From Octopus bimaculoides (lineage: Eukaryota), in NCBI RefSeq assembly GCF_001194135.2, contig NC_068982.1, forward strand, positions 67,832,907-67,896,538: a stretch of DNA of 63,632 bases, in the 5' to 3' direction. Under the pieces are notes generated by a model, which did no database searches, was not told the origin of the DNA, and saw only the letters and a list, made by a program, of their open reading frames with translations. Below, piece after piece: positions 39,304-52,041 of this stretch; the first letter of the stretch is position 1, and every line of letters starts with the position of its first letter. Both the position numbers and the translations under genes were made by a program.

Positions 39304-39516
39304 GGGCGGCGAGCTGGCAGAGAGCTTAGTACAACGGGCGAAGTGCTAAGCGAGATTTTGTCTGTCTTTACGTCCTGAGTTCAAATTCTGCCGCGGTCGA
39401 CTTTACCTTTCATCCTTTCGGGGTTGATAAATTAATTATCAGTTGCGTACTGGGGTTGGTGTAATCGACTAGTCCCCTCCCCAAAATTTCGGGCTTCGTG
39501 ATTAGAGTAGAAATGA
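39304..39516 (+). mobile_element. Octopus-type SINE copy
   Basis: GGCGGCGAGCTGGCAGA...GAGTTCAAATT...TTTCATCCTTTCGGGG...GTACTGGGG...TAGAGTAGAAA; many related copies in the window (e.g. ~17965, ~42650, ~43905, ~44130, ~59447). Confidence 0.8.
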
Positions 39517-39552
39517 ATATAATGTATTTTTATTTAAAATTCATTTTATCTA

Positions 39553-40806
39553 TCAGGTCATCCCATAAGTTCTGTCCGATTTTACCTTTTTAAAATTAAA
39601 CGAAGTTTAATAGTATTTTAGAATGTCTAATGGAATTAAAAATTATTTTCATGCATTTGTGTACATTTAAACTAATTAAATATTATTTTATAGAATAATA
39701 GAAATAAAATTTCTTTGATTAAAACCTTTTCTAACATGGAAGTATCCAAAGAGCATTTAAGGCACAAAATGCTTTATGAGTACAAAAAAAGAAAACTCTG
39801 CAGTCGAAGCGACTCGAAACATACACTCAGTTTATGGGAAAGAATACTTGAATGAAAGAACTTGCAGAAGATGTGGAGATTTCAGCCTTGAAGATGAAGA
39901 TCGAACAGGACGTCCAGTTGAGTTTGATGATAAACTCTTTGAGGCATTACTTGAAGAAAATCCTGCATTATCAGTTGAAGTATTGGCAATAAAGCTTAAT
40001 TCAAACCATACAACTGTTCATCGTCATCTTCAACAACTTGGAAACGTTCCTAAACTTGGAAAATGGGCACCTCATGAATTGTCCGAAAGCAACCGCAAAT
40101 CCCGAGTTGACATGTGCTCTTCTCTCCATTTTCGCGAACTCATTTCACCCTTTTTAGATACACTTGTGACTGGTGACGGAACATGGCTCTTCTATCGAAA
40201 TGTTAAACGTCGTAAACAGTGGCTTGGCAAAAGGGAAAAAGCTCAACCACAACCGAGAAGGGAACTTCATGGAAAAATGGTTCTTCTCTCTATCTGGTGG
40301 GATTGCTTGAATTGTTACCACTTAATGCAGCAATCAATGCTCAAGTTTACTGTCAGTAATTAGAGCGTTTGAACCAAGCTTTGAAGAAAAAAAGACCCGC
40401 TTCAGTGAATCGAAAAGGAGTGGCGTTTCATCAGGACAATGCGCGACCCCACACTACAAAGATCACATCACAGAAGATCGAAGAGCTTGGTTGGGAAAAA
40501 ATTCTTCATCCACCTTATTCTTCCGACCTTGCTCGTTCAGACTACCATTTGTTTCGAAGTTTACAGAATCATTTGGGGGACATAACTTTCGCAAGCCCTG
40601 AGGAGGTCGAAACTGATATTTCAGAGTTCTTCGCTTTGAAACCAAAAGAGTTTTACATTGATGGGATTAAAAAGCTTGTAAGTAGATAGAAGGAAGTCAT
40701 AGATAATTAGGGAAAGTACATTGATGATTAAATTTCAATTAAATATAACATTTGATCACTTGTTTTCTTTATTCAAAATTCGGACAGAACTTATGGGATG
40801 ACCTGA
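39553..40806 (+). mobile_element. Full-length mariner (DD34D) element with frameshifted transposase
   Basis: TA TSDs (39551-52, 40807-08), TIRs TCAGGTCATCCCATAAGTTCTGTCCGA, ATG at 39736, motifs WAPHEL, VTGDG, HQDNARPH and SDLARSDYHLF; the ORF is split by frameshifts. Confidence 0.93.
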
Positions 40807-40949
40807 TATAATGCGTTTTTTAAAGATACATTTAGACAAAAAACTAAATAGGTAAGACTGAAGGAAAGGATATAGCCTCTTTTAAGACCAGTGAGGAACT
40901 GATGTCGTTAACTCTCTATTTTATTTGTAGGTCAGACATGTAGGTGGGT

Positions 40950-41420
40950 AGAGTTGTCAGTGCGAGATCTGATGAGGCGGGTGATGGTAGCAGTCGTTTG
41001 GAAATGTTTACAAATCATTCATTCTGGTCATTGGTCAGTTCAAGAGGACCTTCTCGAAAGTGTCTGCTCACAAAGCTGAGCTTATGTAGGTGTTGGTTAT
41101 GGTGCTTTGTGAAGGACAAGGTTCTGCCGACACCTTATGAGTGCTTGTGCTTGGCTATTGTTCAACCATTATTAGCAACGTCTTCCACAATTGAAAATCT
41201 TCCTGATCTTGGTTTGTCTTCGAGGCTGGTGTCACTTTTCTTGAAACGTCTGAACCAGTTTTTTTGCCAAATGTTCATTAACAGTTCCTGGGCCTTGTAT
41301 ATCATTAATTTCTTTCGCCACTGCCCTCGCATTCAGTCCCCCCCCCCCCATAGTTGGCGTAAAATGGCTCTAATCGCAATGTTTTCACCACTTATTATAA
41401 AAGCATTAAAATAGATACAT
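40950..41420 (-). mobile_element. Mariner transposase N-terminal remnant
   Basis: Minus strand WFRRFKKSDTSLEDKPRSGR (mariner HTH motif). Confidence 0.7.
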
Positions 41421-41744
41421 GATTAACGTTTATATTTGTTATCTTGTATCTTTTACTTGTTTCAGTCATTGGACTGCGGCCATGCTAGGGCACCGACTTG
41501 TAGAATGGATCTACCCCAGTACTTGCTTTTAATAAGCCTGGTCTATAGGTCTCTTTAGCCGGGCCACTGGGTTACAAGGACATAAACACACCGACACCGG
41601 TTAAGTGGTGGACATATACATACAGACACACACACACTCACACTCACACACACACACGTGTCTGTATGCAACTGTACCTTCTGAGTTCAAACGCTGCCGG
41701 GATCGACTTTGTCTTTCCTCTTTTCAGGATGAATAATATAAGTC

Positions 41745-44700
41745 CCAGTTGAACACTGGGGTCGATGAAATCGAGAATCCCCTTCCACCGAAATTGTGGG
41801 CCTTGTGCCAAAATTTGAAACCAATATATACAGGTGTTTGTGTTTTTATGTGTAGATTATTTGTGTATCTAAATTTCGATTCAACTTTTTCACCCGCTAG
41901 AAGTGTTATGGGGTAGAATCCTTGAGCACGTCTTCCATCGGTTTCCGTCAGTAGCTACCGTGTCCAGTAGAACCTGCTGGAACTCCCAACGAGACCAACC
42001 GTGCGCATGGATGTTATCCAAGCAACCTCCTCATGGTCTACCCCTGGGATTCCTCACGTTTTTATATTTTGCCCGTAAGACTTGTCTATCGATTCTTTCC
42101 TGAGGCATTCTTACCTCATTTCCTTAGAATCGGAGCTGTGATCTCCCAATTCGGAGAAGTAGAGGGTCTACCCGGAACATCTCTCTGATGTCCAGACTAC
42201 GCACTCAACAGAGTAACGTAACTCTAAAAACTATTCGGAAGAACCCCATTTCGGCCGTTTGTATTTGCGATCGTATTCTTTCTGTTATTACCCATGACGC
42301 GTGAATAAGCTAAGCTTTACCTGGTAGAAGTCACAACCCAAATACTTTTGAATCAGATCTCAATACTGGATGTTCAAAAACCGACTGACGGACAGATATT
42401 CAATTCCGGGAACATTCTCATTCCAAAAAAGTATAATATATCTAAGTAGAACAAATGTAGACTGAGATAGAGGGGACGCAGACAAACAGATTTTGCCTTC
42501 ATTATAATCGATAAATCAAGAAAATATTAGCAAACGTTTTAATAGCAGCAAACTTGTGTTTTATTTAAATACTCACCGATTTATAACCCTAATCTCTACA
42601 TCTACATGTGGACTATGTTGAGTAACCATTATTCATGTTTTTAAGACAGTGAGCGGCAGATTCGTTAGTACGCCGGCGGCATTTCGTCCACGTTTGCAAT
42701 CTGAGTTCAAATTCCACCGCGATCGACAGTCCCTTGATCCTTTTGTTGTTGGTAATATAAATATCAGTCTAACTTTGGGGTGAATATGATCGGCTTCTCA
42801 CTCCAACAGATTTCATGCTTTTCTCTTATAGTAGAAAGAAATATTTCATGTACGATTTTTATTTACCCATCCTCACTATCATATCTCCTAACAGTTACAC
42901 GATTATTTACAGTGAAATAATATTCTGTGTGAATATATCGAAAGTGAAGTATTGTTTCTGGTTGGAACCTCCAGGTTTCCTGTCCTGAAATTGCCTGGCT
43001 AAGAGTTCGTACGGTTGGAGGAACAATACCGGACACCTTGTAGCTATGTTATGGTACCAACCAGCATGTTACAGAGGGTGTTTAAGAACTCAAAGGTGCA
43101 TAAAACGGCAGATCCACACAATTGTGTCCCCGACTTTGTTTCCTGATAATTTTAATAAAATTTTCTATAAATACCTCTCAGATGGTATAGATTACTCTTA
43201 TCGGAATTTAATGTGAAAAACAAAAAACAAGGAGAAAAAATTCGCGAAATTACACACATATATACTGACACACAACGTATATATATCCACAAAATGGAAC
43301 TTGAAATTTTGAAAATAAATTGGGATGTATATCAGTACATATGTGTGCGCGACCTGTATTTTTTTCGCATTAAATTCTGATATAGTCGTAATGTGTGCTA
43401 TCGGAGAGGTATTTGTAGAATATTTCCTTAAACGATATCCATTTTTTCTGAAAGTTGTAAGGAAACAATTGTATGGAGGGCACACCTGTGAGGGTCTGCT
43501 CAAAATATCCCCACAAACACCAAAACCAAGGTGAAGATGACTCTGACTTCACTCTAGTCTTCAGGTGTCCGGGTACGTCCCCCGACTCACACATTCCCTA
43601 GCCTCTAATCACCGCGAAAGGTTGATGAAAGAGACTGAATATTATTAGAAACGAAGGTCTTGGAGAAACGTTTCCGATATTGGACTAGACACGAAATTCG
43701 TGAATGATTTTCACACAAAGACGCTAGATGCGCACGCGCAGAATAGCACACACATATGTACACAAACAAATATTTATATATATGATACATGCATTACATA
43801 AATGTGTGTGTATGTGTGTATGCGGGTGTGAGTGTGTTTGTGTGGATGTGTGTGTGTGTGTGTGTGTGTGTGTGCCTATCAACATATACAGATATATATG
43901 TGGTGAGTTGGCAAAATCGCTCGCACGCCGGGAAAAATGCTTAGCGGCATTTCGTCCGTCTTCATATTGTAAGTTGAAATTCCGCCGAGGTCTACATTGC
44001 ATTTCATCCTTTCCAGGTCGATAAAATAAGTACCAATTAGGCACTGGGGTCGACGTAATGGATTTGCTCCCTCCCCGGCAATTACTGGTCATCTGTCAAA
44101 ATTTGAAATCAATATATACAGACATAGAGACAGCTGGCAAGATGGTTAGCATGCTGGGTGAAATGCCTGACGGCATTTTGTTCTTCTTTACCTTCTTAGT
44201 TCAAACGTTGCTGGGATTGACTTTGTCTTTCATCCTTTCAGGGTCAATAATATAAGTATCAGATGAACACTGGAGTCGATGAAATTGAGAATCCCCTTCC
44301 ACCGAAATTGTGGGCCGTGTGCCAAAATTTGAAACCAATATATACAGGTGTTTGTGTTTTTGTGTTATCCAAGCAACCTCCTCATGGTCTACCCCTGGGA
44401 TTCCTCACGTTTTTATATTTTGCCCGTAAGACTTGTCTATCGATTCTTTCCTGAGGCATTCTTATCACATTTCCTTAGAATCGGAGCTGTATATCCCCAT
44501 TCGAAGAAGGAGAGGGTCTACCTGGAACATCTCTCTGATGTTCAGGCTACGCACTCAACAGAGTAACGTAACTCTAAAAACTACTGGGAAGAACCCCATT
44601 GCGGCCTTTTGTATCTGCGATTGTATTCTTTCTGTTATTACCCATGAGAATCAAAACTGCTCCCGCTCATTCTACTTCTTCCATATACTTGATGCTACAA

Positions 44701-45444
44701 AAATGGCGATCTTACATTGCCGTTAATATTTATTACACTGAGCACCACAAGATTTCGCCGATTTTGATTATAGGAGGTATTCACTTATTTGTAATCAAGA
44801 AAGATCGTGACAATAATTGATTACGGAGCACTTCTAAAAACGACGAGGTTACATGATGGTGTGCTGAGAACTGCGACTACTGCTCTCCATACATTTGTTA
44901 CGGCTGTGGTGGCACTTCATTGTTGCTGATATGCTGAATACCACAATAGATAAAGAAAACGAAAGCCTCAGACTCTTTGATCCACCACATAAGAGGTTAT
45001 CTTAAATTATAAGGAGTTGCCCGCTCCTTCTTATGTCGCAAGGTTATTTCAAAATATGTTTGTCGTGCACCATCTTATGTAACCTAGACGGTGGGTATGA
45101 TTTCATTTTTAGTTTGACGCCATGCTTTGTGTGTATTCCGCGCACGTTATCACGTACAAACTGCTCTGGGAACGAATGTAGTTTTGTTAACAGAACTATT
45201 CATATTGAATCAGTTTGCTGTATCTTCTATTAGGGGAGAAATAAATGTGGCTATCAGCTTTAACCTGTTACTTCGTATTCCTTGATGCTCCTTATCATAC
45301 CTCGTTAAAATCAGAAGATTATAATAAAACCAGTGCCGTAGCTACATTTCCCCTTTCACTAGCTAAATATGTAGAATAAGCATGCATCTAAACATATACA
45401 CACATATTTAATGTCTACACAAACAGAAGCACACATACACTCAG

Positions 45445-45500
<56 letters not shown>

Positions 45501-47970
45501 ACAGATACAGACAAACAGACACATACACTCAGACACACAAAAGCGCACGTACATACATACACATATGAACACACACGCACACAATCAACTCACACACGCA
45601 CACAATCAACTCACACACGCACACAATCAACCCACACACGAATATACGTGCATGTATGTATTTATGAAAGCATGTATGAGTGTGAAGTCAACTTGAAAAT
45701 CATTTATTTACGTATGGTTTATGTATATGCCCACCGTTTACAAGTCTCCATCATTATTTTCTACATATATATATACACATACATAAGACAGTAGGATGTA
45801 TTTTCTAAGAGATTGGTAAAAGCACATCCTTAACATAACTAGGACCGCATTTCAATGACTCTCATGTCTCCTGAGGCCCAGAAGGCACTCTTCTCCCTAT
45901 CAATTATCGTTACTCTACAACGGATGTGTCTCTGTGTGTATGTGCGTACGTGTGTGTGTGTGTGNNNNNNNNNNNNNNNNNNNNNNNNNNNNNNNNNNNN
46001 NNNNNNNNNNNNNNNNNNNNNNNNNNNNNNNNNNNNNNNNNNNNNNNNNNNNNNNNNNNNNNNNNNNNNNNNNNNNNNNNNNNNNNNNNNNNNNNNNNNN
46101 NNNNNNNNNNNNNNNNNNNNNNNNNNNNNNNNNNNNNNNNNNNNNNNNNNNNNNNNNNNNNNNNNNNNNNNNNNNNNNNNNNNNNNNNNNNNNNNNNNNN
46201 NNNNNNNNNNNNNNNNNNNNNNNNNNNNNNNNNNNNNNNNNNNNNNNNNNNNNNNNNNNNNNNNNNNNNNNNNNNNNNNNNNNNNNNNNNNNNNNNNNNN
46301 NNNNNNNNNNNNNNNNNNNNNNNNNNNNNNNNNNNNNNNNNNNNNNNNNNNNNNNNNNNNNNNNNNNNNNNNNNNNNNNNNNNNNNNNNNNNNNNNNNNN
46401 NNNNNNNNNNNNNNNNNNNNNNNNNNNNNNNNNNNNNNNNNNNNNNNNNNNNNNNNNNNNNNNNNNNNNNNNNNNNNNNNNNNNNNNNNNNNNNNNNNNN
46501 NNNNNNNNNNNNNNNNNNNNNNNNNNNNNNNNNNNNNNNNNNNNNNNNNNNNNNNNNNNNNNNNNNNNNNNNNNNNNNNNNNNNNNNNNNNNNNNNNNNN
46601 NNNNNNNNNNNNNNNNNNNNNNNNNNNNNNGCTGGATCCTCAAACGTGACCAACCGAGCGCATGGATGTTATTGAAACAGCTTATTCATGGTCTACGCCG
46701 GAGATTCCTCCTGTTTTTTTTTTTTATATTTTGTCTGTAAAACCTGTCCCTGGATTCTTTCCTGAGGCATTCTTACCACATCTCCGTAGTATTGGAGCTG
46801 TGATCTCCCAATTCGGAGAAGTAGAGGCTCTACCTGGAACACCTCTCTGATGTCCTCAATAGAGTAACTTATCTCCAAAGACTATTCGGAAGAAACCCAT
46901 TTCGGCCGTTTGCATTCACGATCGTATTCATTCGATTATTACCCAAGAAGACCAGAACTGTTCCCGCTTAATCAGCTTCTTCCATATACTTGAAGCTACG
47001 AACATGGAGATCTTTCATTGCTGTCAATGTGTATTATACTGAGCATCACAAAGCAAGAAAAATCATGACAATAATTGATTACGCAGCACTTCAACAAAGA
47101 ACGTGGTCACATGTTGGTGTGCAGAGAACTGCGGCTGTTGCTCTCCATATATTTATTGCAGCTATGGCGGTACATTATTGTTGCTGATATGCTGAATACC
47201 ACAACAGAAAAAAAAAGACAAAAATCCAAGACTGTTTGAGTCTTGCGAGTTTATTTTAAATTATAAGAAGGAGTTGCGCCCATTCTTATATCGGAAGGTT
47301 ATCTCAGAATATAAGTAGGAGCTGTGCGCTCAAAAGCTGCTCCTTCTAGTATCTCAGACAAATCATACCCTGTAGAAAGTGAAAGTCTTAAACCATTCTG
47401 TTTGTATGAGAGTGTAAAAGATTGTTAATGATGTTAAGATCCCTCCGGAACGCAATGTACCTTGTAACTCGTCGTGTGTAGATGTTTGTCAGATGTTTGT
47501 TGTGCACCATATCTTGTAACCCAGATGGAGGGTGTGTTTATTTTTTGCTTCCTATACGCAATACTTGGTGCTCCGTGGTTGGTGGCTGTAGAGAGGAAAG
47601 TTACTTGTTTCTTCTATGTCTCATATGAAGGTGTAGCGAATGCTATGTTTACTATATGGTTGTCTAGACTTAGCTGTCAATTGGCGGATTTTACCTTGTT
47701 TTTGCATGTAGTCACATGACCATACCCCTTCGTGCCAATTGGATGCTTCAAGTCATTGAATTAAACCGCTTGCCAGACCAGCAAATATGTCTGTTTTGGG
47801 CAAACTGATGTCTATGAATAAAGAATTTCTTTTGAGATAGCCAGAGAGAAGAGAATTGTCACCAGAGATCTTTGACGCCATGCTTTGTGTTTATCCGGCA
47901 CACATCACCATGTATGTACATGCTACACGAAGAACCAATGTATTTTTGCTAACAGAATTATTCATACCTT
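41745..47970. repeat. Locally triplicated segment containing an RTE-like LINE fragment
   Basis: 41745-42300, 44265-45240 and 46630-47970 share blocks in the same order. The LINE part reads LLRIGRSQLQYYGDVVRMPQER on the minus strand; unique flanks 44645-45240 match 46950-47970. Confidence 0.8.
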
Positions 47971-48149
47971 TGGGACACAAGCAGCACTATATTCCTTCAT
48001 TTTTGTTTCGTCACATAGTGTCCTACATTTTGAAATACTTGCAATTTGTACTTTTACTGCTTATGTTTGTTTCGCTTGATATATTTTGGAAATTACACAT
48101 TTTAATATACGAAATATACTTCACATTATTACATATACTATACTAATAT

Positions 48150-48472
48150 TGTGTTTATTGACTATCTTCAAAATGATCACAGCATCAATGGACAATTCAG
48201 TGCAAACTTGCTAAGGCAGTTACGAAAGACTAACAAGACCAACTGTCCAGAAAAACTGGGCACCAGTATCAATGTGATAAAGATGTCTTATCTGTAGTTG
48301 ATGACTATTTTGACCAGCAGGATAGCTTCTTCACCAGTGCGATCCAGGCACTACAACTACTGATGGAAGTGTGTGGACAGTAAGAGGAACTATATTAAAA
48401 AAGGAACTTCATTTGGTCACATTCCATGAGAGTGTCTTGCTCATCCTATGAACATTTCAGTCGACCCTCATA
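48150..48472 (+). mobile_element. Internally deleted mariner remnant
   Basis: VFIDYLQNDHSINGQFSANLLRQLR and W.KCVDSK fragments; TIR-like end ...TCAGTCGACCCTCATA. Confidence 0.6.
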
Positions 48473-48599
48473 ATAAAAAAAATTATTATTATAATTGCAT
48501 TCGTTTTAATGTTAGCATTGAAAAAATCCACTTTTTTCGTAAAATAAAATTGGACCTGGGTTTACACCACCTACGCAAACTTTGTTCCCGAGCCACTGT

Positions 48600-48642
<43 letters not shown>

Positions 48643-49584
48643 CATAAGTTAAATATATAAATATACATAAATTCAAATTACGATGAACGTAAACAAACAA
48701 ACGAAGTTTGCTTTAGAAGCGTTGAGATGTCTTAGAANNNNNNNNNNNNNNNNNNNNNNNNNNNNNNNNNNNNNNNNNNNNNNNNNNNNNNNNNNNNNNN
48801 NNNNNNNNNNNNNNNNNNNNNNNNNNNNNNNNNNNNNNNNNNNNNNNNNNNNNNNNNNNNNNNNNNNNNNNNNNNNNNNNNNNNNNNNNNNGTCTTAGAA
48901 AGTTAAAGAAGTGATTTAAATTCTCAAACGCAGGGTAATGCTAATAGTACAGCCTGAACAGGATAAGCTACCCCTATTTTGCAGAAAAAAGTGTTGGCGG
49001 CCAGCTAAAACATATAAGCACGTGGCAATCCAGCATATGCCCCGTGCTTATACATTCTAATTCTTCAAAACTACCGCGCCAGCGCAGTTTCTTGTCGGCA
49101 GTAAATAAAAATGTTGCCGGCGTTTTATTCGAAAATTTTTCAGAAAAAATTATCAATAATTAATGAGTCTGAAACCATGGTCCAGGAGATAGATAGTAAA
49201 TGTTTTTATTTTTCATTCCCTTCGAAGTTTTGTCTCTAATAGTAGTTTGGATTTTAGCTGTTCCTTCTAGCGTGCAAGGAATCCTATGGTGGATACCTGT
49301 TATGTGTTTAAACGTACACTGTATTTATATGAATAAAATATAGTCTATTGACTGAATTTTTTTTTTACACGCTAGGCCATTCGTAGTAGAAATTTCTAAT
49401 ATTTCTTATTACACTGATGTTATTAAATAATTTGTAGAGAAATTTATATTTGTTATTAAATAATTAAGTTCAGTGGATACTCCTTCAGTGAATAAACAAA
49501 TTATCTAGTAGTAAATGTTGTTGCTGGTAAGTCCCAAATCAGTGTCTTATAATTTTAGCTCACTTATGAATACATATCTCGAAA

Positions 49585-49969
49585 TTATACATAACATAGA
49601 AATATATCTAAAACACTAAAATCAATAAATTTAACAATTTTCCCAGAGATAAATTCTTGATAACTTATTCCTATAGTAATTTTATTAGCCAAAGTATTAG
49701 AGCGTTCTGCAGATCGTCCCATTAAAGATATGAATTCATCGTCTGAGGGTGGATCTGCTTCTGATCTACGAATCAAATTAATTTTGGGTGGAATATCATC
49801 AGCAAAAATGGTTTCAACAAATAAAATACAGAAGATCAATTTTTTAAAAATTTCTTTATTGTCCACAGGGGGCTAAACATAGAGGGGACAAACAAGGACA
49901 GACAAGGAGATTAAGTCGGTTGCATCGACCCCAGTGTTTAACTAGTACTTATTTAATCGACCCAAACAT
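49585..49969 (-). pseudogene. OctTK: OctTK-family tachykinin precursor (DPPSDDEFISLM-G-R) disrupted by a SINE after codon 2
   Basis: ATG TTT at 49969-49964, then a SINE (49963-49849), then TTT AAA AAA TTG. Removing the SINE gives MFKKLIFCILFVETIFA-DDIPPKINLIRR-SEADPPSDDEFISLMGR-SAERSNTL. With the SINE the native ATG reads MFGSIK*. The ORF-track GTG start lies inside the SINE. Confidence 0.85.
49849..49963 (-). mobile_element. 5'-truncated SINE inserted into the signal-peptide coding sequence
   Basis: Matches 59651-59766; A-rich tail AATAAAGAAA; TTT duplicated at both junctions (49846-48 and 49964-66). Confidence 0.85.
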
Positions 49970-50022
49970 GTTAAGGATAGAAATTACTACCACTGTCTCA
50001 CTGAAACTCGCACATTATTCGG

Positions 50023-50069
50023 TTTTATATTAATTTTTTCTAAAATTCCTTGAGAAAAAACCTCACCTG
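50023..50069 (-). promoter_or_regulatory. TATA box (TATAAAA, 50029-50023) and CAGGTG E-box (50069-50064)
   Basis: Upstream of the AACATG at 49969; the 5'UTR shares CGAGTT, AGACA, AGTAATT and AACATG blocks with the 21 kb gene. Confidence 0.72.
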
Positions 50070-51159
50070 TTATACTATTTGAAAAGACTACCTAATTCCC
50101 ATTTCCATTTGCTGAGAAAACAAATTTCAAGATACACGCGAGCATTCAACAATTGTACTTGCGCAACACACGTTCACTTATTCTTTACTTCTGATCATNN
50201 NNNNNNNNNNNNNNNNNNNNNNNNNNNNNNNNNNNNNNNNNNNNNNNNNNNNNNNNNNNNNNNNNNNNNNNNNNNNNNNNNNNNNNNNNNNNNNNNNNNN
50301 NNNNNNNNNNNNNNNNNNNNNNNNNNNNNNNNNNNNNNNNNNNNNNNNNNNNNNNNNNNNNNNNNNNNNNNNNNNNNNNNNNNNNNNNNNNNNNNNNNNN
50401 NNNNNNNNNNNNNNNNNNNNNNNNNNNNNNNNNNNNNNNNNNNNNNNNNNNNNNNNNNNNNNNNNNNNNNNNNNNNNNNNNNNNNNNNNNNNNNNNNNNN
50501 NNNNNNNNNNNNNNNNNNNNNNNNNNNNNNNNNNNNNNNNNNNNNNNNNNNNNNNNNNNNNNNNNNNNNNNNNNNNNNNNNNNNNNNNNNNNNNNNNNNN
50601 NNNNNNNNNNNNNNNNNNNNNNNNNNNNNNNNNNNNNNNNNNNNNNNNNNNNNNNNNNNNNNNNNNNNNNNNNNNNNNNNNNNNNNNNNNNNNNNNNNNN
50701 NNNNNNNNNNNNNNNNNNNNNNNNNNNNNNNNNNNNNNNNNNNNNNNNNNNNNNNNNNNNNNNNNNNNNNNNNNNNNNNNNNNNNNNNNNNNNNNNNNNN
50801 NNNNNNNNNNNNNNNNNNNNNNNNNNNNNNNNNNNNNNNNNNNNNNNNNNNNNNNNNNNNNNNNNNNNNNNNNNNNNNNNNNNNNNNNNNNNNNNNNNNN
50901 NNNNNNNNNNNNNNNNNNNNNNNNNNNNNNNNNNNNNNNNNNNNNNNNNNNNNNNNNNNNNNNNNNNNNNNNNNNNNNNNNNNNNNNNNNNNNNNNNNNN
51001 NNNNNNNNNNNNNNNNNNNNNNNNNNNNNNNNNNNNNNNNNNNNNNNNNNNNNNNNNNNNNNNNNNNNNNNNNNNNNNNNNNNNNNNNNNNNNNNNNNNN
51101 NNNNNNNNNNNNNNNNNNNNNNNNNNNNNNNNNNNNNNNNNNNNNNTATATATATATAT

Positions 51160-52041
51160 ATCGATGAGATACCCAAAAGTAACTGGAAATATTTTCTGTG
51201 AGACAAGCCTGTTGTAGTTCGGGCTTTCGCCGATAGAAGCCAGTTGATGCCACCTTTAGACATCAGTTTGCCGTGTCCGATAAGGTCATACTGTCACGTG
51301 GTACGTATTTGTTTCGCAGTGCTTCTCCCCTATTCCTCGATTTTTGCGATGACTCAAACGAAGGAACAGCATGCATTCATGAAAATCTGTTTTCTACTAA
51401 GGAAAACGGCGGTCAGGACAGTTGCCATGCTTCAAACAGCTACAAGTACGCTGCCATAAGCAAAACACAAGTTTACGAGTGGTTTTCCCGCTACAGGAAT
51501 AGTCACTTATCATTTGAGGACCAGCCCCGTCCAGGACGACTATCGAACTACCGAACTACCGAACTACCGAACGAATGAAAACATCATGAAAATTCATGAA
51601 CTGATCTTGGAGGTCCGCCATCGAGCAATTGACGAACTTGTTGATATGACTGATGTGTCCTGGAGCTCCTGCCAATGAATTTTGAGCAAAGAATTGCGAA
51701 TGAAAAAAGTTGCAGCAAAATTTGTGCCTTGCTTGCTCACTGTAAATCAAAGGCAGTGACGACTGAATGCGTGTTGTGAACTGAAAGAACAGTTGGAAGT
51801 TGCTCCGGACTTCTTTCGAAGGTCATCACTGATGACGACAGCTGATGCTAGGATAATTTGCACATGTGGAAGAGGTGGAGAAAAAAATGTCGGAGCCGTT
51901 AAAAGCATCACTTCACAAGAGATCCAGCATTGCATGAAACAGTTTGGAACGATGCATTGCATTAAATAGAAAAAACTTTGAAGGCGATAAGTGAATAAAA
52001 TAATATTGCAAAATTCTGGTTTCTTTCGGGGACCTCCTCGT
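51160..52041 (+). mobile_element. Mariner remnant with degenerate TIRs
   Basis: KTQVYEWFSRYR..SFEDQPRPGR, KVAAKFVP and KVITDDD fragments; left CGATGAGATACCCAAAAGTAACTGGAA resembles the reverse complement of the right end, CGAGGAGGTCCCCGAAAGAAACCAGAA. Confidence 0.75.

Noticed and set aside
49265-49300. Possible decayed second exon of the 49.8 kb gene (TAACAG|GTATCCACCATAGGATTCC) and CTGCAG|GTATC at ~29330
   Set aside because: Only a short, weak match to the RRPYIL exon; flanking introns do not align convincingly and the upstream donor is GG.
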